From a virus (Duplodnaviria > Caudoviricetes), in the IMG/VR virus record IMGVR_UViG_3300012933_000182, positions 1 through 29,385 of that record: 29,385 bases of DNA. One strand, written 5' to 3'. The notes beneath the pieces are model-generated. The model saw only the letters and a list, made by a program, of their open reading frames with translations. It did not search any database and had not been told where the DNA came from. The first letter of the stretch is position 1; every line of letters starts with the position of its first letter. The translations under genes were made by a program, and so were the position numbers. Shown piece after piece: positions 8,357 through 16,184 of the stretch.

Positions 8357-11355
8357 AACGCACAGGTAATAGCAAACTAGCAGTCGTCGGTTGGGGAAGA
8401 GGCATGGGACATAGTGGTCACATGTATCTAGCTGATGCTGTGATTACACAAGCCGCAGACATGAAAGCTGACCCATACTTCTTTGTGAGTAAGACAGTTG
8501 GCAAAGATGATCCGTTATTGCCTGAAGAAAAACTATCAATCTATCAAACAGTATTTCCCCAGCAAAAGAATATCTTCACAGCAGAAGGCAATTTGAATCA
8601 AGCATTGCAAGAATTAGCAAAGTTGGGTTATCAGGGTGTTGTATTAGTAGTAGGCGCGGATCAAAAAGAATCGTTCAAGTACTTAGAGAAGCCTAATAAA
8701 GAAGGTGTTCCGGTATATCAAAGTTTCGGTTTCTCCAAGTTGAAAGTAATTTCCAGACAAGAAACACGTAGTAAGTTTAGAGGTGAAGAAGGTCCTCGTG
8801 CAACACCAATGCGTGAGATTCTATTGAATCCAAATGCAAGTGACGAAGAAAAATATCAAGTATGGCGTAGAGATATGCCCTCAGCACTAAGCGATGAACA
8901 GGTAGCAGATTTAATGAAAAAAGCACAATCAAGATTATTAGGCACAAACAAAAAGCCACAAGTTGCTGAATCACGCATCATGGATCGTACTGCGTTGATT
9001 AACGCCTATTATGTTTCAACTAAAGGTGACAGACATAGAGTAGCTGAAAGAATTCCGTACTATCTATTAGACAAGTTAGTTGGTCTATTGACTAAAAAGT
9101 ATAATATCACTATGAATGATATTGAAGTTCGTCCAGCAGATAAGAATCAGTATCGCAGAACACACCAACCTGAATTAGCAGAAGGTATGCAATGTACTCC
9201 TAACGAAGTAGCAGAATTATTATACAACGCTAAGCCAGAAATCTTTACTAAGTTTGGTGATGAGTTTGTAATGGATGCTGTTACTCAAGCATGTGAACAA
9301 CATCAAGGTTCAGCACAAGAAGTTGCAGCTAAAGTAGTTGATATCTTAAAGCAAGGCATCAGTGAAGGCTTTGACAAAGAAGAATTCCGCAGACACATGA
9401 AAGATTTAGAAGCACGTGAAGAATTGCGTAAGACTGATCCAGTGTCTGCAAAAGCATTAGACTTGCGTGGACAACTTCCACAACAATCTAAAAAGAAACC
9501 AGAAGACGATTCAATGAGTACAAGTGATCCTCGTCATCCACAGTATGCTTATACACAAGCTGGTCAGCATAATGTAGACGAAGGCTCAGAATTACCAGTT
9601 CAACAACATAAGTCTCCGTACGAAGGTTCAGATGATGAACTTCGTTATACAACTATGTTCCTAGCCAGTCCAAACTCTGCACAGCGTTTCGCTAAACACA
9701 TAATTTCTAAAGGTGGTAAAGCTAGAATTGGAAAGCGTGGACAAGACTATTATGTTTACCATAATATGCCAATGTCTAAAGAAGACTGGCGTAAGTCTGA
9801 ACAACAAGGTTTGGAAGAAAGCCCAGAAGAAGCATTGAAGTATGCAACACAAGCACATGCTGGACAAACTCGTTCAGGTGGCGACCCATACATTACTCAC
9901 CCAATGCGTGTTGCTGACCACATTAGAAAGTATAAGCAATCTCACAACCTTGATGCATTGATTAGTGCTGCGTATCTACATGATACAATCGAAGATACTG
10001 ACACAACACAAGAAGTTTTACATGACTTGTTTGGTGGATTAGTTGCTTCATTGGTTAAAGAACTAACAAGCGATCCAGAACAAATCAAGAAGATGGGCAA
10101 GGCTGCATATCTATCACACAAGATGGCTGTTATGAGTAGTTACGGTCTCGTGATTAAACTTGCTGACAGATTAGATAACGTCAAAGACATTACTACCGCT
10201 AGAACTCCTCAGTGGAGAGCAAAGTATGCAGCAGAGACTAATCAGATTTTAGATTACATTGAAAAGACTCGTGCTCTTTCAGGTACACATAAGAAACTAA
10301 TCAGTTTGATTCGTGCTAAGTTAGCAGAGATTGACACTCCTCAACAAGGTGTGGCGGAAGGTGTAGCAGAAACTATGTCAATGGATGAAGCTAAAAAGGT
10401 ACTTCGTCATTACGGTGCTGATAACTTCAAAACAACTAGCAATGAATTGTATTTTTATAAAAACGGGCAACAATTCAGTGTTGACTTGACATTGGGTGCT
10501 GATAGTGTAAGAAGTGTAAGTATAAATCAATTGAATCAAGCCGCTCGCCAACTAAAAGGTCAAGGTGTGGCGGAAGCTGAAGGTATCTCTCGTAGAGGTA
10601 TCTTAAAAGGTATTGCTGGCGCAGGCGCATTAGGCGCAGCAGGTAAAGCAAGTGCTATCGCAGGAGCTTTCCCAACACCAAGTCATCAAGCAGCGATGTA
10701 TAAAGCTGCCGCAGATAGTAATGCCGCACAAGCTCGTGCTGATGCTGCCGAAAAAGCTAAACGTGATGCACAACGTCTGAAACAAGGTACTAGTGATGTT
10801 GAAAGACTAAACAAAATCAACTACCATGGTGGCAAAGTTACTCCAACTAATGCTGAGTGGGACGGTGATAGTGACTTCATGTACTTAGATGGTACACAAT
10901 ATAGTATGGCTTCAAGAATGCCTATCAAAGGTGATGAACCACGTGACATGAAACTAATCTCTACTAAAGAAGGTCGTCAAGTATACATTTGGACACGATA
11001 CAGAATGAAGGGTGACGGCGGGCATTACTTCTACCCAGCACCAGCTGATAGTTCACAGATAAATGAATTCGCTCCTGGTAATGGGGATGATGGATTACCT
11101 TACGCTGAGTATCAAGTCTATCAATGTAACCCAGAAGACCAGTTTGAATGGATCGGTGGTCCATTGTATCAAACAGATAACATGGGCATGGCTCACAAGT
11201 ATGCGTATGAAAAATATGTCAAGCATCGCCCAAAAGCGTTTATGGTTTGGCAAGAACGTAGTCAAGGTAGTCGTGGTAACTACGGTGTCAAGGGTCAATC
11301 TGACGGGACCGAAGATGATATGACCGAAAGCTCTGATTATATTGACGAAAAATAA
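8353..11355 (+). CDS. Multi-module polyprotein-like ORF: HIGH-type cytidylyltransferase-like N-terminus, RelA/SpoT(Mesh1)-like HD hydrolase (~9823-10340), Tat-signal-bearing module (~10582-11067), several small unknown modules
   Basis: GRGMGHSGH...LVVGADQ...RATPMR; HAGQTR..G.PYITHP, AAYLHDTIEDT, KLADRLDN; SRRGILK + hydrophobic stretch + ASA; modules separated by VAE/LAE/ISE/VDE/LEE/VAE/INE. Confidence 0.8.
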   Translation: MKRTGNSKLAVVGWGRGMGHSGHMYLADAVITQAADMKADPYFFVSKTVGKDDPLLPEEKLSIYQTVFPQQKNIFTAEGNLNQALQELAKLGYQGVVLVVGADQKESFKYLEKPNKEGVPVYQSFGFSKLKVISRQETRSKFRGEEGPRATPMREILLNPNASDEEKYQVWRRDMPSALSDEQVADLMKKAQSRLLGTNKKPQVAESRIMDRTALINAYYVSTKGDRHRVAERIPYYLLDKLVGLLTKKYNITMNDIEVRPADKNQYRRTHQPELAEGMQCTPNEVAELLYNAKPEIFTKFGDEFVMDAVTQACEQHQGSAQEVAAKVVDILKQGISEGFDKEEFRRHMKDLEAREELRKTDPVSAKALDLRGQLPQQSKKKPEDDSMSTSDPRHPQYAYTQAGQHNVDEGSELPVQQHKSPYEGSDDELRYTTMFLASPNSAQRFAKHIISKGGKARIGKRGQDYYVYHNMPMSKEDWRKSEQQGLEESPEEALKYATQAHAGQTRSGGDPYITHPMRVADHIRKYKQSHNLDALISAAYLHDTIEDTDTTQEVLHDLFGGLVASLVKELTSDPEQIKKMGKAAYLSHKMAVMSSYGLVIKLADRLDNVKDITTARTPQWRAKYAAETNQILDYIEKTRALSGTHKKLISLIRAKLAEIDTPQQGVAEGVAETMSMDEAKKVLRHYGADNFKTTSNELYFYKNGQQFSVDLTLGADSVRSVSINQLNQAARQLKGQGVAEAEGISRRGILKGIAGAGALGAAGKASAIAGAFPTPSHQAAMYKAAADSNAAQARADAAEKAKRDAQRLKQGTSDVERLNKINYHGGKVTPTNAEWDGDSDFMYLDGTQYSMASRMPIKGDEPRDMKLISTKEGRQVYIWTRYRMKGDGGHYFYPAPADSSQINEFAPGNGDDGLPYAEYQVYQCNPEDQFEWIGGPLYQTDNMGMAHKYAYEKYVKHRPKAFMVWQERSQGSRGNYGVKGQSDGTEDDMTESSDYIDEK
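10345..10576 (+). repeat. Exact 16-nt direct repeat CAAGGTGTGGCGGAAG (QGVAE) flanking a 72-codon module
   Basis: Copies at 10345-10360 and 10561-10576, 216 nt apart, same frame. Confidence 0.9.
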
Positions 11356-11363
11356 TTTGACCC

Positions 11364-11400
11364 CCTCTTTAGAGTGTAAATATTTACATCTTTAAAGAGG
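11364..11400 (+). promoter_or_regulatory. Late promoter within a hairpin covering the RBS
   Basis: CCTCTTTA (11364-71) pairs with TAAAGAGG (11393-400, the RBS); central palindrome TGTAAATATTTACA contains TAAATA on both strands. Confidence 0.7.
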
Positions 11401-11405
11401 ACCAA

Positions 11406-12302
11406 ATGTCAAAGAAACAATCAGAAGAAAAAACAGTTCCAGTTGAAAAAGTTCAGGAAATTGCTGAACAAGCTCAACAAGAACAAGCTGCAAAAACAGC
11501 AGACGGACAAGTACAAGTTAACGTAGATTTTCTACGTACAACTAAAGTCCATATCGCAATGCCATGCTATGGTGGCATGTTGACAGAATCTACATTCATG
11601 TCATTTATCAAATGGGCTAACACAGCTCGTCAATTGGGTATCGATTGGACATTGGAAACAATGGTCAACGAATCACTAATCTCACGTGCTCGTAACACAC
11701 TAACAGCTAAGTTCTTGCTACAAGAAGGTGCAACACACTTGTTCTTTGTTGACGCAGACATTGGTTGGGAGCCATGGCACTTGTTAGTATTACTAAACCG
11801 TGACGTTGACGTTATTGGTGGACTATACCCAATGAAGACAATGCCAGTCAAGTGGGTTGTTAACGGTTTTGAAGGTGCAGAAGAAGGCACTGACGGATTG
11901 CAAGAAGTATCAAAAGCAGGTACAGGTTTCTTGTTGATGAAGCGTCATGTATTCGAAAAGATGAATACTCACCCAGCAGTTAAGCCATACAAGAACGACA
12001 TTGGTTTAGACCCTAAGTACGATTCTCACTTGAAGACTTACTTCGATACAGCAGTTCGTCAAGGTCGCTACTACTCAGAAGACTGGACATTCTGTGAAAA
12101 CTGGCGTGACATGGGCGGTCGTATCTGGGTTGACAAGCGAGTTCTATTGCGTCACAGTGGCTCATATGTATTCTGTATGGAAAATCAACAACACTTGTTG
12201 AACACAATCGGACCTATGTACTTAGAAGAACAAACTAAGAAAGCATTGGCTCAAAAAGAAGCTGAAAAAGCAAAACAAGAAGCACCGAAAGACGGACAAT
12301 AA
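11406..12302 (+). CDS. GT-A-fold glycosyltransferase-like protein
   Basis: IAMPCYGG, ESLISRARN, THLFFVDADI (DxD), GTGFLL, SEDWTFC...H motifs. Confidence 0.75.
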   Translation: MSKKQSEEKTVPVEKVQEIAEQAQQEQAAKTADGQVQVNVDFLRTTKVHIAMPCYGGMLTESTFMSFIKWANTARQLGIDWTLETMVNESLISRARNTLTAKFLLQEGATHLFFVDADIGWEPWHLLVLLNRDVDVIGGLYPMKTMPVKWVVNGFEGAEEGTDGLQEVSKAGTGFLLMKRHVFEKMNTHPAVKPYKNDIGLDPKYDSHLKTYFDTAVRQGRYYSEDWTFCENWRDMGGRIWVDKRVLLRHSGSYVFCMENQQHLLNTIGPMYLEEQTKKALAQKEAEKAKQEAPKDGQ

Positions 12303-12322
12303 TTAGTCTATCTTTAAAACAC

Positions 12323-12353
12323 AGGGCTGGTCCGAAAGGGTCAGCCCTTTTTT
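12323..12353 (+). terminator. Rho-independent terminator
   Basis: AGGGCTGGTCC-GAAA-GGGTCAGCCCT stem with GNRA loop followed by T-run. Confidence 0.88.
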
Positions 12354-12361
12354 GATAAATA
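12354..12361 (+). promoter_or_regulatory. Late promoter core GATAAATA
   Basis: Directly after terminator, 4 nt before ATG 12366. Confidence 0.7.
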
Positions 12362-12365
12362 ACAT

Positions 12366-13232
12366 ATGAACCTCAAGGAATTTGACGAATTTAAACTAGA
12401 TGACGCAGTGCGTTTTCACGATAAACTTAACCCTGCTATTTTTCTGGGGGATAACATGCGTGAAGATGTTAGAACTCAGCTTTTGAATATTGCTGAGGAT
12501 TTTGTTGACCATCTTGGCATCAAACACCTAGACATTAAAGATATTACACTAAGCGGCTCAAGCGCGGCTTATTCATACACTGACCACTCTGATATCGACT
12601 TGCATATCTTAGTGGATTATACACAATTCAATGACGATGATGTATACCGTGAACTATTCGATGCAAAGAAAGTAGTTTACAACGATACACATGACATTAA
12701 GATTAATGGATTTGAAGTCGAACTATACGTTCAGGATTCAAATCAACCTGTTATTAGTTTAGGTGAATACTCAGTACTGCGTGATGCATGGATTAGATTA
12801 CCTAGAAAACGTAGAGCAAACTTTGACCAAGCTGCAACTAAGTTGAAGTATCAAAAGTTGATTAAATTGTCACGTTATGCAATCAAATCAAACAACGCAC
12901 AAAAGATTAAAAACATACTACGTACAATTAAGAGATACAGACAAGCAGGATTAGACTTCAATGGAGAGTTTGGTCCTGAGAATCTAGCATTCAAAGCACT
13001 ACGTAGTAAAGGCATTATTCAACGTTTATACGACAAGTTACAGACGTTGCACGATGAACGTTTAAGTTTACCTGAGTGCTCAGGTTACATCCCAAGCGAA
13101 AAAGAAAAGAACGATCCTAGATGGGAACGTGCGTTATCAGTTGATGTTCGTCCTGATACTATGCAAAAAGGCGCCAGAAAGTTTGGATGGAAGATTGCAC
13201 GTGACGGTAGACCACCGATTTTAAAACCATAA
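12366..13232 (+). CDS. Pol-beta-superfamily nucleotidyltransferase with short appended C-terminal module
   Basis: LSGSSAAYSYTDHSDIDLH and VELYVQD; leader MNLKEFDE; tail after LPE|CSGYIP. Confidence 0.75.
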   Translation: MNLKEFDEFKLDDAVRFHDKLNPAIFLGDNMREDVRTQLLNIAEDFVDHLGIKHLDIKDITLSGSSAAYSYTDHSDIDLHILVDYTQFNDDDVYRELFDAKKVVYNDTHDIKINGFEVELYVQDSNQPVISLGEYSVLRDAWIRLPRKRRANFDQAATKLKYQKLIKLSRYAIKSNNAQKIKNILRTIKRYRQAGLDFNGEFGPENLAFKALRSKGIIQRLYDKLQTLHDERLSLPECSGYIPSEKEKNDPRWERALSVDVRPDTMQKGARKFGWKIARDGRPPILKP

Positions 13233-13247
13233 TAAGAAAGAAATGCA

Positions 13248-14234
13248 ATGAGTAAATCACCGGCACAAACAATTATCAACGAATCTGACGATCCAGGGTT
13301 AGTGTACTTAGCACCAAAAGTCAACAATACAGTATTGAGCGCACGTGTCGAAACGGACATGGGTACAGTAACTACACGGTTTGTTCCAGTAACACAACAA
13401 ATAGTTAATCTCTTTAATGACAATACTACAGTAAACGTAACCAATGAAGTTGCTGGATCATCCGGAGAGCTTCAATTTAATGTAGGTGGTAATTTTAGTA
13501 GTGACTCTGATTTGCGTTATAATTCGCAAACTGATACCTTAAGTATCAAAAACTTAATTCTATCAGGTACTATCACATTCGGTGATTCAACTATACAATC
13601 TTCTGCGTCTACTGGTAGTGGCTCATCTTTCAGTGGGTCATATAATGACTTAACTAATAAACCAACTATACCTAGTTTGGTTGGATATGCTACCGAGACT
13701 TATGTTAACAGTGCAGTTGATGGAATTGTTGTACCCACAGATATTAGTGAGTTAACTGACACTACAAGTTTGTTAGGTCAAGGTGGAACATCATATGACC
13801 AATCGTTGAACACCACAGATTCACCTACATTCGCAGGTTTAACTGTGGATACTGAACTTCGTTTACCTAACCAAGTAAAACAAACTTCGAGCGGTACAGT
13901 TACATGCAATCCAAATATTGATACAGTAGTTTACACTAGTACTAGTGATTCGCAGTATTCATTCAAAATGTTGTTCAAAGTTGAAGGCTCAGAAGATGGT
14001 CAACCTGAGTGGGATACTCAGACATGTGAAATGACTATCGCTAAAAGTTTTAGAAACAACACTGTAGTGGGAAGTGTATATGGTTTAGTCTATACTAGCA
14101 CGAATCCATTAGCAACGTTTACAGCAAGATGGAATGCAATTTCACTTAGAGTTGAAGTTTTATGCAGACCAGCAAGTACGACGGATGGTGTATATGTACG
14201 TTCATTTGCGACAGAAATTTCAACATCGGATTAA
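13248..14234 (+). CDS. Virion fibre/appendage-like protein
   Basis: S/T/G-rich, GELQFN..G.F, GSYNDLTNKP, DQSLNTTDSPTF; C-terminal ~110 aa paralogous to that of 14505-16169. Confidence 0.7.
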   Translation: MSKSPAQTIINESDDPGLVYLAPKVNNTVLSARVETDMGTVTTRFVPVTQQIVNLFNDNTTVNVTNEVAGSSGELQFNVGGNFSSDSDLRYNSQTDTLSIKNLILSGTITFGDSTIQSSASTGSGSSFSGSYNDLTNKPTIPSLVGYATETYVNSAVDGIVVPTDISELTDTTSLLGQGGTSYDQSLNTTDSPTFAGLTVDTELRLPNQVKQTSSGTVTCNPNIDTVVYTSTSDSQYSFKMLFKVEGSEDGQPEWDTQTCEMTIAKSFRNNTVVGSVYGLVYTSTNPLATFTARWNAISLRVEVLCRPASTTDGVYVRSFATEISTSD

Positions 14235-14236
14235 TC

Positions 14237-14491
14237 ATGGCACAAAATGGAATATCAACGAGCGAGCCGAAGTCTAGTAGAAAAGATTTGAAACTAGCAT
14301 TGGCTGCTACAAAAAGACAACAGACTGGTACAAACGGTTATAGACAATATAACGTGTACGAGTCTCCTGGTACTACGTCACCTGAAGAGGGTCGTCCGTG
14401 GTTGTTGGTTGCATCAGGTCCTGCATCACTACTATTAACAGAAGATGATTTAGAGTTGATGACAGAAGACGGGAAAAACTTAATATTATAA
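14237..14491 (+). CDS. Small probable virion protein (84 aa, MAQNGIST...)
   Basis: ATG 14237 directly after upstream stop preferred to 14162; ends in LLTEDDLELMTEDG repeat. Confidence 0.7.
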   Translation: MAQNGISTSEPKSSRKDLKLALAATKRQQTGTNGYRQYNVYESPGTTSPEEGRPWLLVASGPASLLLTEDDLELMTEDGKNLIL

Positions 14492-14504
14492 TAGGAATAT
14501 ATTC

Positions 14505-16169
14505 ATGGCGAATACAAAAATTTCAAACTTAACGGGAGCAGCATCAGTTACAGACGCAAGTGTTTTTCCAGTTGTTGACAGTGGTTCTACAAAGAAAGTT
14601 ACTGGCACACAGATTAAAACATATGCACGTACTGGGTTGTCAACAGTTGCAGTATCTGGCAGCTACAATGACTTATCTAACAAACCAACATTATTTGATG
14701 GTAACTACGACAGTCTAACAAACAAACCAACTATCCCTAGTTTAACTGGGTATGCGACTGAATCATATGTGACTGAAGCAGTAGCAGGTGTTTCGGTAAT
14801 AACTGACTACAATGACTTGACTAACAAGCCAATCATCGATGACACAACTTCTTTAACTGGTGGTGACTTCTTTATTGCCAAAGATGACACTACCATTCAA
14901 CTAGGACAATGGGCGGCACAAGCTATTACTATTGGATCTACCGGTATTCAACTTTCTAGTGACACTGTTCTACTAACAACTACTGATAATATCAGCACTA
15001 CTCATTTATTATTAGACTCAGAAAGTGGCGCATCGTTAACTACCAATCACAATATAGAAATAAGTGCCGGTAATGGTGCAACTCTGACTTACAACATTTG
15101 GTTTGGCACAGAAACAGAGTGGGAGATTCTTAGAGATTTTGATGAGCAAGCATATACTCAAGGCACAAGACCTTGGGCAGGTTTGCCAAGCTACCAAGCA
15201 TACGCTCTAATTACAGGTTATAATTTCATAGGGCCAGGATTACCACCGCCATCTAGCATGGCTCCTACTGCCAAGGCAGCGAGTGATGCATATGATGCTT
15301 GGCAGGCAGAATTGGCTGCTACCAGTGTTGCAGTCAGTGCGGCAGATAATACTTGGTTCTTCAAAGCAGACGGCACATTAACTGTTCCTGGTTCTATTAC
15401 TAGTCCAGACCGTTTAACTTTAAACAGTCTAGGTGTAGAATCAGGTTATACTGCGGCTGTTCTTGCTGACGGTAATCTTGGCAGAGTATTTGTAAGAACC
15501 CTTGGTGGCGAAGGTGCAACACTTCAGACTTGGGAGTTTAACAAAGAAGGTAAGTTAATGCTACCTTTAGGCGGAGACATTGTTGATAACGCAGGTCAAA
15601 GTGTATTAGGGGGTGGCGGCGCAGCAAATACAGGTGACATCACGTTCGTTAACAACTCAATGATTGGCACAGGAGATGTCATCATAGGTTTCGACCAAGT
15701 TGCAAGCCCGGCAGTCACATTCTCGTTCACTCAGACTGGTGAGTTTATTGCCCCTAAAGTTGTAACAGGAAGTGTTACAACTAATCAAGTAGACATGTAT
15801 TACACAAGACAAGTTTCCGATGACACTAATGTTACTTGTCCCCCTAACGTAGATACAATCATTCATACTGGAACAGACCAATGGCAGCATACATTCAAGT
15901 TGTTGCTAAAAGTTGAAGGCAATGAAGATCCGGCACAACAAGGCTGGGACACACAAAGTTGTGAAATGATGATTGCTAAGAGTTATAGAAGTGACGCTAT
16001 AGCAGGTAGTGTATACGGATTAGTGTACACAAGCACCAATCCTTTGGCAACGTTCACTACTCGCTGGAACTCAGCGATAAATAGAGTAGAAGTATTGTGC
16101 AGACCATCTAGCACAACAGAAAATGTAGTAGTTCGCTCATTCGTGACCGAAATGACATCATCAGATTAA
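14505..16169 (+). CDS. Tail-fibre-like protein
   Basis: AGGA RBS; MANTKISNL N-module, three YxDLxNKP repeats, W.F..DG.L..P repeats, shared C-terminal domain. Confidence 0.75.
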   Translation: MANTKISNLTGAASVTDASVFPVVDSGSTKKVTGTQIKTYARTGLSTVAVSGSYNDLSNKPTLFDGNYDSLTNKPTIPSLTGYATESYVTEAVAGVSVITDYNDLTNKPIIDDTTSLTGGDFFIAKDDTTIQLGQWAAQAITIGSTGIQLSSDTVLLTTTDNISTTHLLLDSESGASLTTNHNIEISAGNGATLTYNIWFGTETEWEILRDFDEQAYTQGTRPWAGLPSYQAYALITGYNFIGPGLPPPSSMAPTAKAASDAYDAWQAELAATSVAVSAADNTWFFKADGTLTVPGSITSPDRLTLNSLGVESGYTAAVLADGNLGRVFVRTLGGEGATLQTWEFNKEGKLMLPLGGDIVDNAGQSVLGGGGAANTGDITFVNNSMIGTGDVIIGFDQVASPAVTFSFTQTGEFIAPKVVTGSVTTNQVDMYYTRQVSDDTNVTCPPNVDTIIHTGTDQWQHTFKLLLKVEGNEDPAQQGWDTQSCEMMIAKSYRSDAIAGSVYGLVYTSTNPLATFTTRWNSAINRVEVLCRPSSTTENVVVRSFVTEMTSSD

Positions 16170-16184
16170 TAGGAAATAATAAAA

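Noticed and set aside
8353-11355. Intein or assembly chimera explaining the mosaic protein
   Set aside because: No intein C/S...HN motifs; frame is continuous and junctions share one motif, though read-level checking is still advisable.
13895-16169. Diversity-generating retroelement TR/VR pair in the duplicated fibre C-termini
   Set aside because: Differences are mostly synonymous and not adenine-specific, both copies are in coding genes, and no reverse transcriptase is in the window.
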